Position numbers and translations under genes: made by a program. Shown one piece after another: positions 38,416 through 38,519 of a DNA stretch of 38,519 nucleotides. The DNA comes from Ramlibacter sp. (GTDB taxonomy: Bacteria > Pseudomonadota > Gammaproteobacteria > Burkholderiales > Burkholderiaceae_C): the NCBI GenBank assembly GCA_028292185.1, contig JAQGMT010000314.1, forward strand, positions 1 to 38,519, given 5' to 3'. Under the pieces are notes generated by a model. It did no database searches. It saw nothing but the letters and a program-made list of their open reading frames with translations, and was not told where the DNA came from. The number at the start of each line of letters is the position of its first letter. The stretch's first letter is position 1.

Positions 38416-38519
38416 ATGGCACATGCTTCGGCAAATGCTGGCGTCGCGCCCGCCGCCTCGGTACCCATGACCCGCGAAGAGAAGAAGGTGATCTTCGCCT
38501 CTTCGCTGGGAACCGTATT
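38416..38519 (+). CDS. MFS transporter (metabolite:H+ symporter family), 5' end; runs off the right edge
   Basis: AAAGGAGA SD, then MAHASANAGVAPAASVPMTREEKKVIFASSLGTV(F), a typical MHS N-terminal motif. Confidence 0.85.
   Translation, partial: MAHASANAGVAPAASVPMTREEKKVIFASSLGTV

Overview
GC-rich betaproteobacterial chromosome segment. Gene content and order resemble Comamonadaceae (Ramlibacter/Variovorax-like); this is inferred from protein similarity recalled from memory, not from a search. It is mostly core genome: phasin 5' end, HDAC-family deacylase/thioesterase/nitroreductase, csbD, 2-hydroxyacid dehydrogenase-rmuC-MFS, LOG family, efp and earP split by an eptA-like gene, uvrC-pgsA-DMT, tartrate/D-malate dehydrogenase, hupB-tRNA-Val-ppiD, a small accessory block ending at tRNA-His, surE-pcm-nlpD-rpoS-exonuclease-rlmD, yccA, an iron module (exbD-exbB-tonB-bfd / FTR1 / bfr), ppsR-ppsA and the start of an MHS-type MFS transporter. 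I found no CRISPR array, integrase, transposase or clearly novel multi-gene system. The most unusual signals are non-coding or architectural. (1) A perfect 22-bp inverted repeat covers the start codon of the exonuclease gene after rpoS and has an extended -10 element at its apex, next to a REP-like element. (2) eptA sits antisense between earP and efp. (3) A stand-alone FTR1 permease separates bfr from bfd at a symmetric Fur-box promoter. (4) Several genes show a leaderless-promoter architecture. (5) tRNA-Val has a G31:G39 mismatch. (6) UvrC carries a long low-complexity insertion.
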